From positions 1-60,585 of the forward strand of contig CAZFWX010000002.1 of NCBI GenBank assembly GCA_964522695.1: 60,585 nt of DNA. The letters are read 5' to 3'. Source of the DNA: an uncultured Desulfobacterales bacterium (lineage in GTDB: Bacteria; Desulfobacterota; Desulfobaccia; Desulfobaccales; 0-14-0-80-60-11). The notes under the pieces are model-generated. The model worked only from the letters and a program-made list of their open reading frames with translations. It was not told where the DNA came from and did not search any database. Below, piece by piece: positions 33,836-43,276 of the stretch. The translations under genes were made by a program, and so were the position numbers. Positions within the stretch are counted from its first letter, which is position 1; the number at the start of each line of letters is the position of its first letter.

Positions 33836-34633
33836 ATGCGTATGCCCTGCCACTCGCCGCGGCCCTGGTTTTGCCTGCTCATGGCGTTCGTCTGCCTGAC
33901 GGCCCTAGGCGCCCTGGCCCGTGCGGAAGAACCAGACTACAGCCGGCTGTGCGCGGAATTGAAAAAATCCGGCTTCCCCATCGTGGATTCGGGGGTGGCC
34001 TACGGGGTGCCCTTCGTCAAAGTCAAGATTCCCCGGGGCGGCTCCATCACCGCGCTGTGCCGGCGGGTGCCCACTTTTGAGAAGGATTTCTTTGCCTGCC
34101 GCAACCGTCTGGCCTTTTTCAACGCCCTCCACCATTCCTATGTAAAAACCAAAAACATGGAGCGCCATTCCATCGTCGCCGACACCCTGGTCATTCCGCT
34201 GGACCTCCGCAAGGTCCCGGATATTTTTCCGGCCCGGGACGAATCCCTGGCCAGGGAGAACAGATACCTCATCGTGGACATCGGCAAGGGGTTTCTGGCC
34301 CTTTACGCCAAAGGTGATTTGCAGCGGGTCTTTCCCGTATCCGCAGGGGTGGCGGGCAAGAAAACGCCCCTGATGGACTTCCGCATCCAGAAAAAGGCAG
34401 AGAGCCACTGGTCCAGCATTTACGAAACCTGGATGCCCTGGTCGCTGCAGCTGCAGGGGCCGTACTTCATTCACGGCGGGGCCCTGCCTGGCCAGAACGA
34501 CTCCGCCGGCTGCGTCCGCATGCTCATCGACGATGCCCGGGAACTTTATCAACTGGTGGACGTGGGCACGCCGGGCCGTATCATCCAAACCTCCAAGTTA
34601 GAGAAGGTTTATCCGGCGCCGTTTTGCCGATAA
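33836..34633 (+). CDS. L,D-transpeptidase (YkuD domain) with a signal peptide
   Basis: YFIHGGALPGQNDSAGCVRM matches the H...S.GC.R catalytic motif. N-terminus has FCLLMAFVCLTALGALARA. The start could be ATG 33836 or ATG 33842, and both have a GGAG-type SD. Confidence 0.85.
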   Translation: MRMPCHSPRPWFCLLMAFVCLTALGALARAEEPDYSRLCAELKKSGFPIVDSGVAYGVPFVKVKIPRGGSITALCRRVPTFEKDFFACRNRLAFFNALHHSYVKTKNMERHSIVADTLVIPLDLRKVPDIFPARDESLARENRYLIVDIGKGFLALYAKGDLQRVFPVSAGVAGKKTPLMDFRIQKKAESHWSSIYETWMPWSLQLQGPYFIHGGALPGQNDSAGCVRMLIDDARELYQLVDVGTPGRIIQTSKLEKVYPAPFCR

Positions 34634-34716
34634 GGGAAGGACGGAGAAGGTCGGGGGGAAATCATCCTCTCAAGAGGATGACGTTTTCCTCCTTCAAGAT
34701 CTCTTGGCCCCAAAAC

Positions 34717-34815
34717 TTCCCCTCCCCTTGGTGGGAGGGGGGTGGGGGAATAGTTAGGGGGACTCCCAGAAGTTTCACCCCCACCCCGGCCCTTCCCCAT
34801 CAAGGGGGAGGGAAA
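34717..34815. repeat. Inverted pair of G-rich hairpin units (MITE-like), locus D
   Basis: The left unit (34717-34749) is CTTCCCCTCCCCTTGGTGGGAGGGGGGTGGGGG. The right unit (34776-34815) is CACCCCCACCCCGGCCCTTCCCCATCAAGGGGGAGGGAAA. Confidence 0.8.
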
Positions 34816-34947
34816 AAGAAGTCTATTAGCGGGTAATGGATCCGAGGGACCAGATCCTCATTTTTCCTTAAGAAACTGACTTCGATTGCTGACTGGGGAG
34901 GCCACACCCTGAAACCGCAGATAAATCTCAATGAACCCCTGATTGAC

Positions 34948-35607
34948 ATGGTTCGGGAGGCCCTGACAGCCGTGCTGGTCACGGGGAGGAATGGAGCCGC
35001 AACCCTGGACGCGGCCCGGCAGGTGGCAGCATGGGCCGACCAGCTGGTGGCGGGTTTTGAAGAAGCCAATCCTCTGCCCCGGCCCCTGGCCTGCCAGGAG
35101 GGCTGCAGCTATTGCTGCTACAACCCGGTGCAGGTGACGGCCCCCGAGGCCCTGCTCATCGCCCGGTTCATCGGGGAGCAGCTGTCGCCCAAGGCGCAAA
35201 GCCGCCTCTGGGAGCGGCTGGCCGACACGCTGGAGCGCTCTGCGGGCCTGAGCCTCACGGACATTGCCCATGAGCGCCAGGCTTTTCCCTGCCCCTTGCT
35301 GGAAGAGGACCGGTGTCTGGCGCATCCGGTGAGACCTCTGGTGTGCCGGGCCATGCACTCCTTTGACGCGGCCCAATGCCGGGAGGAGTTTGAGCGGCAG
35401 AGTCTCACTCCGGTGCAGTACTACGCCCATCGCTATGAAATCATTCTGTCCCTGAGCCAGGGCCTCAGCCAGGCCTGCCGGGCCGCGGGCTGCCAGAGCG
35501 GCCCCTTCAGCCTGGCCCGGGCGTTGATGGCCATCCATGGGCAAGGCGGCGAGTGCGGCGACCGGTGGGCCCGGGGGGAGGTTCTCTTTGAGATTGCGGG
35601 AGCTTGA
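34948..35607 (+). CDS. YkgJ-family (UPF0153) cysteine-cluster protein
   Basis: 219 aa with ACQEGCSYCC plus CPLLEEDRCLAHPVRPLVCR, the zinc/iron-chelating Cys pattern of the family. Confidence 0.8.
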   Translation: MVREALTAVLVTGRNGAATLDAARQVAAWADQLVAGFEEANPLPRPLACQEGCSYCCYNPVQVTAPEALLIARFIGEQLSPKAQSRLWERLADTLERSAGLSLTDIAHERQAFPCPLLEEDRCLAHPVRPLVCRAMHSFDAAQCREEFERQSLTPVQYYAHRYEIILSLSQGLSQACRAAGCQSGPFSLARALMAIHGQGGECGDRWARGEVLFEIAGA

Positions 35608-35767
35608 TTGTCAATCACTGCTCTTTGTCTTTGCATCTCTGCCAGAGGAAAATTCTCAGGCTAAGCCGCAAAGTCGCTGAGATTTTGGGGCAAATCCTTG
35701 AATAACTCTCAGCCTGGTGTGGCGTTTTAGAGCAAACTTGACAAAGTTGCCATGGCCAATCGGATCT

Positions 35768-35893
35768 CTTCTCCCTCCCCCTTGATGGGGGAGGGCTGGG
35801 GTGGGGGTGGCATAATATTTTTGTATTTCATTCAGGTTGTCCTAACAAGCTCCCCCTCCCCCCAGCCCCCTCCCACCAGGGGAGGGGGAGAAT
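35768..35893. repeat. Inverted pair of G-rich hairpin units (MITE-like), locus E
   Basis: The left unit (35768-35810) is CTTCTCCCTCCCCCTTGATGGGGGAGGGCTGGGGTGGGGGTGG. The right unit (35850-35893) is GCTCCCCCTCCCCCCAGCCCCCTCCCACCAGGGGAGGGGGAGAA. Confidence 0.8.
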
Positions 35894-35962
35894 GGAGCGC
35901 CCCTGATTTGGTAAGTTATTCCAGAAATGAGACACTAGAGGCGAAAACAAGGAAAGTCAGGT

Positions 35963-36910
35963 ATGGGCCGGGGCATAACCCTTGCAAAGATTTTCGGGTG
36001 CCTGCTTGGCGCCGCTGCCCTCTGGCTGGCGGCCGCAGCAAGCCTGGACGCGGCCAGGCGGCCCGCAAGTTGGCAGGATTTTCCTGCCGGGCCAGATCCC
36101 AAAGGACTGGCCTTTGATGGCGCGCACCTCTGGGTCACCAACTGCGTGGCCCAGGGTACGGTCACCAAACTGCGGGCCCAAGACGGGGTCATTCTGGGGA
36201 CGTTTGCCGTGGGCAGCTACCCCACGGGCATCGCCTGTGACGGCGCCCATCTGTGGGTGGCCAACTCCGGGGATGCCACTGTTACCCGTCTGTCAGCGCT
36301 GGACGGTATGGTGCGGGGCGCTTATCCCGTGGGCAAAAACCCCCATGCGGTGCTTTATGACGGGCAAAACATCTGGGTGAGCAATCACCTGGGGGACAGC
36401 GTCAGCCGGTTCCGGGCCCGGGACGGGCAATTTCTGGGGACAATCCCGGTGGGCCGACGGCCCCTGGGGTTGGCCCATGACGGCCTGCACCTGTGGGTGG
36501 CCAATCATGAGGACGGCACCCTGACCAAAATACGGGCCGCAGACGGCGCCCATCAGGGCGCGGTGGCGGCCGGCCCCTTCCCCTGGGCCGCGGCAGCGGC
36601 CGGGGAGTTTATCTGGGTGACCAACCTGAAGGCCAACCGGGTGACGAAAATCCAGGGGCAGCACGGGGCCAGGCGGGGGAGCTACCCCACGGGCTTCAGC
36701 CCCGTGGCCCTGGCCTTCGATGGGGCCCGGCTATGGGTCGCCAACCGGGACAGCCGGAACCTTACAGTGATCCGGGCGGCGGACGGCGCAGAACTTTCGA
36801 CCTACCTGGTGGGTGACAATCCCTGGGCGCTGCTGTGGGACGGCAAGCACATCTGGGCAGCCAATGCCGGCAGCGGCACCGTCTCCCGGCGCACCTGGAA
36901 AGAGCCTTAG
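35963..36910 (+). CDS. Secreted seven-repeat beta-propeller-like protein (YVTN/NHL-like repeats)
   Basis: 315 aa with a signal peptide. There are seven repeats of about 42 aa with the pattern DG.hLWVaN...g.VtkirA.DG...G.ypvG..P. Confidence 0.75.
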   Translation: MGRGITLAKIFGCLLGAAALWLAAAASLDAARRPASWQDFPAGPDPKGLAFDGAHLWVTNCVAQGTVTKLRAQDGVILGTFAVGSYPTGIACDGAHLWVANSGDATVTRLSALDGMVRGAYPVGKNPHAVLYDGQNIWVSNHLGDSVSRFRARDGQFLGTIPVGRRPLGLAHDGLHLWVANHEDGTLTKIRAADGAHQGAVAAGPFPWAAAAAGEFIWVTNLKANRVTKIQGQHGARRGSYPTGFSPVALAFDGARLWVANRDSRNLTVIRAADGAELSTYLVGDNPWALLWDGKHIWAANAGSGTVSRRTWKEP

Positions 36911-36956
36911 ACGGGCAATCTCTTAATATCAATATAATAATTGGGGAGGAAGGCAT

Positions 36957-38270
36957 ATGGACGACGATAATTTCAGCTCCAGTTCAGATTCCTCATCATC
37001 GGATTCCTGGTCTGATTCCCGGGATTCGGATGCAGGGTCTGCCGACGCCCGGGATTCGGGAGTCAGCTTTGGGGATACCCGGGATTCGGGACCGGGGTTC
37101 TCAGATTCGGGGGGAGGCGACTCCTATACCGAAGTGACCACGGACTCGTGGTTCAGCCGCCTGGGAAATGCCATCAAAGGAATTGTGATCGGTTTGATCA
37201 TCCTGGTGATCGGCTTCCCTTTGCTTTTCTGGAACGAAGGCCGGGCTGTGGAGACCTACAAGGCGCTTAAGGAAGGGGCCGGGCTCGTCATTACCGTCCC
37301 CGCGGACAAAGTGGATCCCAAAAACGAGGGGAAACTGGTCCATCTCACCGGCTTGGCCACCACCGAAGAAACGCTGACCGACTCGGATTTCGGCATCTTC
37401 GCCAATGCCATCAAGCTGAAACGCCAGGCCAAGATGTACCAGTGGAAGGAAAACAAGAAATCGGAGACGGAAAAGAACGTGGGCGGCAGCACCACCACCC
37501 GCACCACCTACACCTATGAGAAAGTCTGGTCGGACAGCCTCATTAAATCAGGCGACTTTAAAAAGCCGGGGCACGGCAACCCCGGGGAGATGGCCTACCC
37601 GTCCAAGCAATTCACCGCCAACAAGGTGACGCTGGGGGCCTTCCAGCTCTCCGGCGGGCTCATCGGGCAGATCGGCGGCGGGGAGACCCTGGCCATGGAA
37701 GGCTCCAAACCGGTGCCTGAGCGGCTGCAGGGCAAGGCCCGCTGGAACGGCAACACCCTGTATATCGGCAGGAATCCCAACTCTCCCGAAATCGGCGACA
37801 CCAGGGTGGAATTTCAGGTGGTGAAGCCCCAGACAGTGAGCGTCATCGCCAAGCAATCCCAGAGCAACCTGGAGTCGTACCGGACTTCCGGGGGCAAAGG
37901 CATTGAGCGGCTGGAAGCGGGCACGCACAGCGCGGAGGCCATGTTCACCCACGCCAAGCAGGAAAATACGATTATTACCTGGATCCTGCGGGTCGTGGGC
38001 TTCCTGTGCTTCTTCATCGGCATCGCCATGATCCTCAAGCCCTTGTCCGTGGTCCTGGACGTGCTGCCCTTCCTGGGCAACGTGGCGGAGGCAGGCATCG
38101 GCCTGGTGGCCTTCGTGGTGGCCCTGGGCCTGACCCTCGTCACCGTGGCCATCGCCTGGTTCGTGTACCGGCCCCTGTTGGCCGTGGTGCTCATTGTGGC
38201 AGCGGTGGGGCTGTTCATCGGCTATAAGAAAATGCGGGCCAAGGCCCCGGCCCCTCAGCCGGCGCGGTAG
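36957..38270 (+). CDS. TMEM43 (DUF1625) family membrane protein with an Asp/Ser-rich N-terminal low-complexity region
   Basis: 437 aa. An LLFWNEGR motif follows the first TM. There is a long soluble middle region and C-terminal TM segments. GGAGGAAGG RBS. Confidence 0.75.
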   Translation: MDDDNFSSSSDSSSSDSWSDSRDSDAGSADARDSGVSFGDTRDSGPGFSDSGGGDSYTEVTTDSWFSRLGNAIKGIVIGLIILVIGFPLLFWNEGRAVETYKALKEGAGLVITVPADKVDPKNEGKLVHLTGLATTEETLTDSDFGIFANAIKLKRQAKMYQWKENKKSETEKNVGGSTTTRTTYTYEKVWSDSLIKSGDFKKPGHGNPGEMAYPSKQFTANKVTLGAFQLSGGLIGQIGGGETLAMEGSKPVPERLQGKARWNGNTLYIGRNPNSPEIGDTRVEFQVVKPQTVSVIAKQSQSNLESYRTSGGKGIERLEAGTHSAEAMFTHAKQENTIITWILRVVGFLCFFIGIAMILKPLSVVLDVLPFLGNVAEAGIGLVAFVVALGLTLVTVAIAWFVYRPLLAVVLIVAAVGLFIGYKKMRAKAPAPQPAR

Positions 38271-38304
38271 GCAATTCCCAGGCAACCGACCGGGTGAAAA
38301 CTGA

Positions 38305-38341
38305 GAGGGCTTTCCCTGGCGGGAAAGCCCTCGGTTTTTTC
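38305..38341 (+). terminator. Rho-independent terminator of the TMEM43-like gene
   Basis: GAGGGCTTTCCC (38305-38316), loop TGGC and GGGAAAGCCCTC (38321-38332), then GGTTTTTT. Confidence 0.7.
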
Positions 38342-38444
38342 TGGCCCTGTTGACGTTATCCAGGGTTTTCATCACGTGGCATTTTGGGGTGCTGGTTTAA
38401 GACGAAAGGCTTCATCCCCTCAAACGGCACGGGAAAGCATTCAG

Positions 38445-38580
38445 CCCCCGTCACCCCAACCCTCTTGCCCCGCAGGGTGGAGAGAAAGGAAGTGTTTCAG
38501 CGGTTTTTTTTTGCAAAGGGAAAGAGAACCCCGGCCTTATTCCCACTCCCCCAGGGGGGAGTGGGCCAGGGTGAGGGGGA
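38445..38580. repeat. Two degenerate G-rich hairpin units in tail-out arrangement
   Basis: CCCCCGTCACCCCAACCCTCTTGCCCCGCAGGGTGGAGAG (38445-38486) and TTATTCCCACTCCCCCAGGGGGGAGTGGGCCAGGGTGAGGGGGA (38537-38580). Confidence 0.6.
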
Positions 38581-38633
38581 AAATTCCTTCCTTTTGCCAA
38601 CCGGAGCAATATTTTCATGAACGCCAACCGGTA

Positions 38634-39101
38634 TCAGATGATCCCCAGCAACAGGCAGGCCAGAAAGGCGGTGGCCGGGTCATCGGCGCCGCCCGCGCCC
38701 TCGATTCTGCCGATGGTGGCGCCGTGGGAATCGGAAAGACTTTCGCCGTCCAGTTTGCCGATAAGGTTGCCCCGGGAGCTGTAGATGGAGCTGCCGTCGA
38801 ACTTGGCCACCAGGGAACCGGAGGCATTGTAGATTTTCCGGTCCTCAAAGCGGGCCTTGAGGGACCCGCCGGAGCCGTAATAGGAATTGCCGTCGATTCT
38901 GCCAATGGTGGCGCCCCGGGCATTGGACACGCTGCCGCCGTCGGTCTTGAAGACGAGGGAGCCGCTGGCCCTATAGGCTTTGAGGCTTTGGGCCGGGGCT
39001 TCGGCGGCGCAGAAAACGATGGCCAAAAACAGGGTCAGGCCGGCCCACATCCAGGTCCGGGCCCGGCCCGTGATAACCTTGCCAAAATGGATGGAAAGCA
39101 T
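38634..39101 (-). CDS. Secreted Gly/Ser-rich beta-repeat protein (four repeats of about 25 aa), hydrophobic C-terminus
   Basis: ATG 39101 with AGGAGG upstream and a signal peptide ...AIVFCAAEAPAQ. The repeats have the form SGSLVFKTDGGSVSNARGATIGRIDG. Confidence 0.55.
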   Translation of the reverse strand: MLSIHFGKVITGRARTWMWAGLTLFLAIVFCAAEAPAQSLKAYRASGSLVFKTDGGSVSNARGATIGRIDGNSYYGSGGSLKARFEDRKIYNASGSLVAKFDGSSIYSSRGNLIGKLDGESLSDSHGATIGRIEGAGGADDPATAFLACLLLGII

Positions 39102-39217
39102 CGCCGGGTATCTTCCTCCTAAAAAGTTTTTTACCTTGGGGAAAGTCACGCCTGGACAAGGCTCAGATTCCCGCCCAGGCGCAGGTCAGGGGCGTTCACG
39201 CGTCAGGGCGTCACCGC

Positions 39218-39814
39218 CTACACTTTGTAGCTCAAATCATAGCTGCCCCAGGAGGAACTCTTGACGCCGTTTTTGTCGCTGCCGGCGTAGCTGGACTGGC
39301 CCGGCGCAAAGGTCACCTTGACAATGCCTGCCTCACCGTCTTTCAACACGCCGGCGTGCACCGCCACCATGGCCAGGTTGGAATCCAGGGTGTAGAGATC
39401 GCTGCCCCAGACGCTGCCGCCCGAGGTTTTGCCCTTCACCGTGAAGTAGACTTCCTCTCCCGCTTTGGCCTGGCTGTAGCCGCTCAGATTGCCGGGATCA
39501 GGGAGGACCGGCTTGCCCTTGAGCTTCTGGGCGATTTTCAGCTTATTGAGGGCGTTGCGTACGGCCAGGGCCCCGTCCAGGTTGCCCTTCTTGGTCAGAT
39601 CTTCCTGCAGGGCCGTGAGATCGGCCAGCAGCTTGGTCCAACTGCCCGCCAGCTCCTCTTCGGCCTTTTTCTTCACCTGGGCCGCCAGGTCCTCGAAATC
39701 CTTGATGAGTTTTTGGGCTTCAGGAGGAAGGGCCTGGGCCGCCGCCGGAGTAAAACCCAGAAACAGAACCGTCACTGTCAGAAGCATTGCCAGCGTCCCC
39801 CGGATTGTCTGCAT
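39218..39814 (-). CDS. Secreted protein with a C-terminal LCCL-like domain
   Basis: Signal peptide, a coiled-coil-like N-terminal half, and VWGSDLYTLDSNLAMVAVHAGVLKDGEAG...YAGSDKNGVKS, which matches the LCCL pattern. AGGAG RBS. Confidence 0.7.
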   Translation of the reverse strand: MQTIRGTLAMLLTVTVLFLGFTPAAAQALPPEAQKLIKDFEDLAAQVKKKAEEELAGSWTKLLADLTALQEDLTKKGNLDGALAVRNALNKLKIAQKLKGKPVLPDPGNLSGYSQAKAGEEVYFTVKGKTSGGSVWGSDLYTLDSNLAMVAVHAGVLKDGEAGIVKVTFAPGQSSYAGSDKNGVKSSSWGSYDLSYKV

Positions 39815-40120
39815 GCAGGTTCTCCTGTTTGTTCATACCCATGCTGGAGCCTCAGGTGCGCCCCTTATAGCTCACTAGGCAAGTATTCGCAAGAAATAGA
39901 TTATTTGTATTCCTCGTGAATCAAGAAAGCCCTATGATAGCCGAGAATCGGCGTAAGACTAGAGGGGCGGAGGAAGGAAATCCTGGTGTAAAGGATGGGC
40001 TTCTCCAGGGGGAACGGCATTCGGAGATTGACAGGCAGGGGTGAACTCCCTAAGGTGGAGAAAATGACCTCCCTGTGAACTTCATACTGGAAGGGCCAAC
40101 ACCTTGATGAGGGTGAGACG

Positions 40121-41074
40121 GTGAGGCTGCCTCATGAAAGAGTTCTTCTTTTGGTCGTGTGGTGCTTTTTTTTCTCCGCCGGCTGCCTCACTTCCCGCTG
40201 CCTGACGCCGGGCCTGGAGGCCAGCCTGGGGCCGGAGCGGATTTTTCGCTGCGAAAATGCGGCCATTCATTACCATGAGCGGGGCGAGGGTCGGCCCCTG
40301 GTGCTGTTGCACGGCCTGGGCGGCTCGGCCTATTCCTGGCGCTACGTGGCGGATTATTTCGCCAAAAGTTACCGGGTGATAACCATTGACCTCAAAGGGT
40401 TCGGCTCCTCGGATAAACCCCCGGACCAGGCCTACTCGCCCCTGGATCACGGCAGGATCATCTCCCGGTTTATCCGGGAAAAGGGCTTGACCGGCGTGGT
40501 GTTGGTGGGCAATTCCCTGGGCGGCATCGTGGCCCTGGTAACCTACATGGAATCAGCCGCAGGCTCGGCCCACCCGGTGCAGGCCCTGATTCTGCTCAAC
40601 GCTCCCGCTTATGACCAGAGGATCCCCTTTTATATTAAAATGATGCGCATTCCTGTCCTCAACCGGCTGGCCCTGGGGCTGATCCCCAAGCAGTTTCTGG
40701 TCAGGCAGGTGCTGAAGATCGCCTACGGCGACCCGGCCCGCGTCCCGGAGGAGTCGATCCGGGCGTATGCCTGCTACCGCCGCCTTCCCGGCGCAACCCA
40801 GGCCATTATCCAGACGGCCAGGCAACTGGTGCCCGACAATGTTGATGAATTGACTCCCAAATATAAGGAAATGGACTTGCCGGTCCTGGTGCTGTGGGGG
40901 GAGGCGGACCGCATCGTCCTGCCCGCGGTGGGACGCAGGTTGGCCGCGGATCTCCCCCGGGCCCGGTTCGCGGCCATTCCCGGCTGCGGCCACATGCCCC
41001 AGGAAGAATGCCCCGCGGAGACCATCCGGCTTATGGCCGAGTTTTTGGGGGATGAGAAAAAAAAGCTGCCATAA
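40121..41074 (+). CDS. Alpha/beta-fold hydrolase, lipoprotein-like N-terminus
   Basis: LVLLHGLGGSAYSW, the nucleophile elbow GNSLGG, and a C-terminal GCGHMPQEE. GTG start. The FFFSAGC motif is lipobox-like. Confidence 0.85.
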   Translation: MRLPHERVLLLVVWCFFFSAGCLTSRCLTPGLEASLGPERIFRCENAAIHYHERGEGRPLVLLHGLGGSAYSWRYVADYFAKSYRVITIDLKGFGSSDKPPDQAYSPLDHGRIISRFIREKGLTGVVLVGNSLGGIVALVTYMESAAGSAHPVQALILLNAPAYDQRIPFYIKMMRIPVLNRLALGLIPKQFLVRQVLKIAYGDPARVPEESIRAYACYRRLPGATQAIIQTARQLVPDNVDELTPKYKEMDLPVLVLWGEADRIVLPAVGRRLAADLPRARFAAIPGCGHMPQEECPAETIRLMAEFLGDEKKKLP

Positions 41075-41127
41075 CCTCAAAACAAACCAAGACGGTGAAT
41101 ATTCCCATTCCCAGGAGGGGCTTGTCT

Positions 41128-42300
41128 ATGCAATGCCTGCGTCGCACAATGAAATACTGGAAGGTTCTGGTCATTCTGGCCATGGCGGCGGCACTGGTGG
41201 CGGCCGCCCCGCAGAAAAAGGAGCAGCCTGCCGCTCCCGCGGCCGCGTCGGCCCCGCAGCCGTGGATCATTGACACCGATGTGGCCATTGACGATTGGCC
41301 CGCCATGTTCTTCATGCTGAACCATCCCCAGGTGAAGGTGGTGGGCATAACCGTGAGCGGCTGCGGCGAGGCGCACCCCGAGCTGGGGGTGCAAAATGCC
41401 ATGAACCTGTGCCAATTAACGGGCCAGGCTCAAGTTCCCGTGGCCGTGGCCCACTCGGAGCCCCTGGACGGTTACCATGTCTTTCCCACCCCCTGGCGGG
41501 CCATGGCCAATACCCTGTCCGGCATTCCGGTGCCCCCGCATAAGGGAGCCAAGACGCCTTTGGATGCCCTGGCCCTGCTCACCAAGCTGCTCAAGGAGTC
41601 GCCCGGCAAGGTGAACATCCTGGCCCTGGGCCCCCTGACCAATCTCAGCGAGTTCTTTGACAAGGAACCGGCCCTCATGGCCAAGGTGGGCAAACTGGTC
41701 ATCATGGGCGGCGCGGTGCGGGTCAAAGGGAACATCATCGTCCCCACTTTTACGGACCATCTCAAAAACCAGGTGGCGGAATGGAATATTTTCGTCGACC
41801 CGGTGGCCGCGAAAAGGGTCTTCCGGTCTCGGGTCCCCAAGGTGCTGGTGCCCCTGGACGCCACCAATCAGGTGCAGATCACCCCGGAATTCGTGGAGGC
41901 CTTTACCAAAAGGGCCAATAGCCCGGAGGCGAAATTCATGGCCCAGGTCTTTGCCAAAGAAGTGGAATTCATCAAATCCGGGGAATTTTATTTCTGGGAC
42001 CCCCTGGCCGCGGCCGTGGGTGTGGAGGAGAACCTGGGCACCTTTGAAAACCTGAAGCTGGACGTGGTGGTGAAGTACACCCGGGAGCCGATCCTGCAGC
42101 CGGAAGCCCTGTTTTACTCCCGGAAATTGAAAAACGGCAGGCTGCGGCGCAACTTTGATTACCACGAAACCGGCCGGACGGTGGAAACGCCCAACGGCAG
42201 CCCGGTCAAGGTGTGCATGAAGGCGGACGGGGAAAAATTCAAGGAGCGGTACATCCGGCTGATCAACAAGGAGGAGAAGTCCGCGGCCACCGCCAATTGA
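41128..42300 (+). CDS. Inosine-uridine-preferring nucleoside hydrolase family protein with a signal peptide
   Basis: WIIDTDVAIDDWPAM resembles the DxDxxxDD motif. The signal is MKYWKVLVILAMAAALVAAAP. ATG 41128 has AGGAGG 11 nt upstream. Confidence 0.8.
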   Translation: MQCLRRTMKYWKVLVILAMAAALVAAAPQKKEQPAAPAAASAPQPWIIDTDVAIDDWPAMFFMLNHPQVKVVGITVSGCGEAHPELGVQNAMNLCQLTGQAQVPVAVAHSEPLDGYHVFPTPWRAMANTLSGIPVPPHKGAKTPLDALALLTKLLKESPGKVNILALGPLTNLSEFFDKEPALMAKVGKLVIMGGAVRVKGNIIVPTFTDHLKNQVAEWNIFVDPVAAKRVFRSRVPKVLVPLDATNQVQITPEFVEAFTKRANSPEAKFMAQVFAKEVEFIKSGEFYFWDPLAAAVGVEENLGTFENLKLDVVVKYTREPILQPEALFYSRKLKNGRLRRNFDYHETGRTVETPNGSPVKVCMKADGEKFKERYIRLINKEEKSAATAN

Positions 42301-42376
42301 GGGCGGCCCCAGGAACTCTGCTGATGAATGGAGTGGATAAGGCTGGCGGGGAAGGCACTGGCAGAATTCGCAACGC

Positions 42377-42997
42377 TCAATCCTGCTTTGCCGAAGGGGA
42401 CAGGGAGATCATCTCCTGGACCACCATATGCAAAAGGCCCCAGATGGCGTCCAGCCCCCAGAAGTGATCGAGATGAGCCGGCACGGTGAAGGTGGCCTGA
42501 GCCGGGAATTCTTCGTCCGCCAGCCAGAGGATCACTTCCACAGTGAGGCCGGGATACACGGCGAAGGCATAGGCCGCGTCTCCCTGGGTGCGGGGCTCGC
42601 CGCCCAGGCGGACCCCGGCTTCTTGAAAGGCGGCCAGGTCCTGGCCGAAATGGGCTTCCAGGGGGGCGTGGGGCAGGCCGTGGAGGCCCCGGAAGAAGGT
42701 GGCGCCGCCGGGCAGGTCGAGAGGGTTGACGGGTTGGCCCAGGGCCGCAGGGTCCACGCGCAAAAGGTACAGGATGGCCGTCAGGCAGACCCGGAAGCCC
42801 GGCTCAGCTCCGGGGTCGCGGGCCAGGACGACGCTGCGCACTTTGGGGTCCACGCTAAGGGGCCCCCGCCATGAGGGCAACAGAAAGCCTCCGTTTTGCA
42901 CTGTTGCGCCGGTTCGGCGGCTCACCTCTCCCGGGTCCAGGGCGGCCAGTTCGGTCCAGAAAGCCTCATTGACGTCGCGGCAGAGTTCGTAGGGCAT
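42377..42997 (-). CDS. DUF3786-like hypothetical protein
   Basis: 206-aa ORF with normal composition. The family assignment is from memory of DUF3786-type sequences and is unverified. Confidence 0.55.
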   Translation of the reverse strand: MPYELCRDVNEAFWTELAALDPGEVSRRTGATVQNGGFLLPSWRGPLSVDPKVRSVVLARDPGAEPGFRVCLTAILYLLRVDPAALGQPVNPLDLPGGATFFRGLHGLPHAPLEAHFGQDLAAFQEAGVRLGGEPRTQGDAAYAFAVYPGLTVEVILWLADEEFPAQATFTVPAHLDHFWGLDAIWGLLHMVVQEMISLSPSAKQD

Positions 42998-43276
42998 GGG
43001 CTTTGGTCAACTCCCTCTTGACTTTAGGGTGATACCTTTTACACTCTATCCGGCGGGTGTCATTGCCGGGGGGAGGCGCTCCCTGAACCCGGAACTGCAG
43101 CGCGGCCGCGCCGGGATGAGGCTTTGCACTACTGTGGGCTGCACCTCTGGCCTCATCTATTGTGCCATATTTCCTCCCCGTTTCTCAACCCGCTCAGTTC
43201 AGTGCCGGTTTGCTGCACCTGCCCATGTCCCGCAGGAAACGCGGCGTCAAATCTTCGGCCGGAGATCGCCCTACCC

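Noticed and set aside
12874-35893. The G-rich repeat units considered as a CRISPR array.
   Set aside because: The copies are dispersed over more than 20 kb as solo units or inverted pairs, not direct repeats with regular spacing. The 'spacers' are 27-40 nt of AT-rich sequence between inverted arms, and no cas genes are present.
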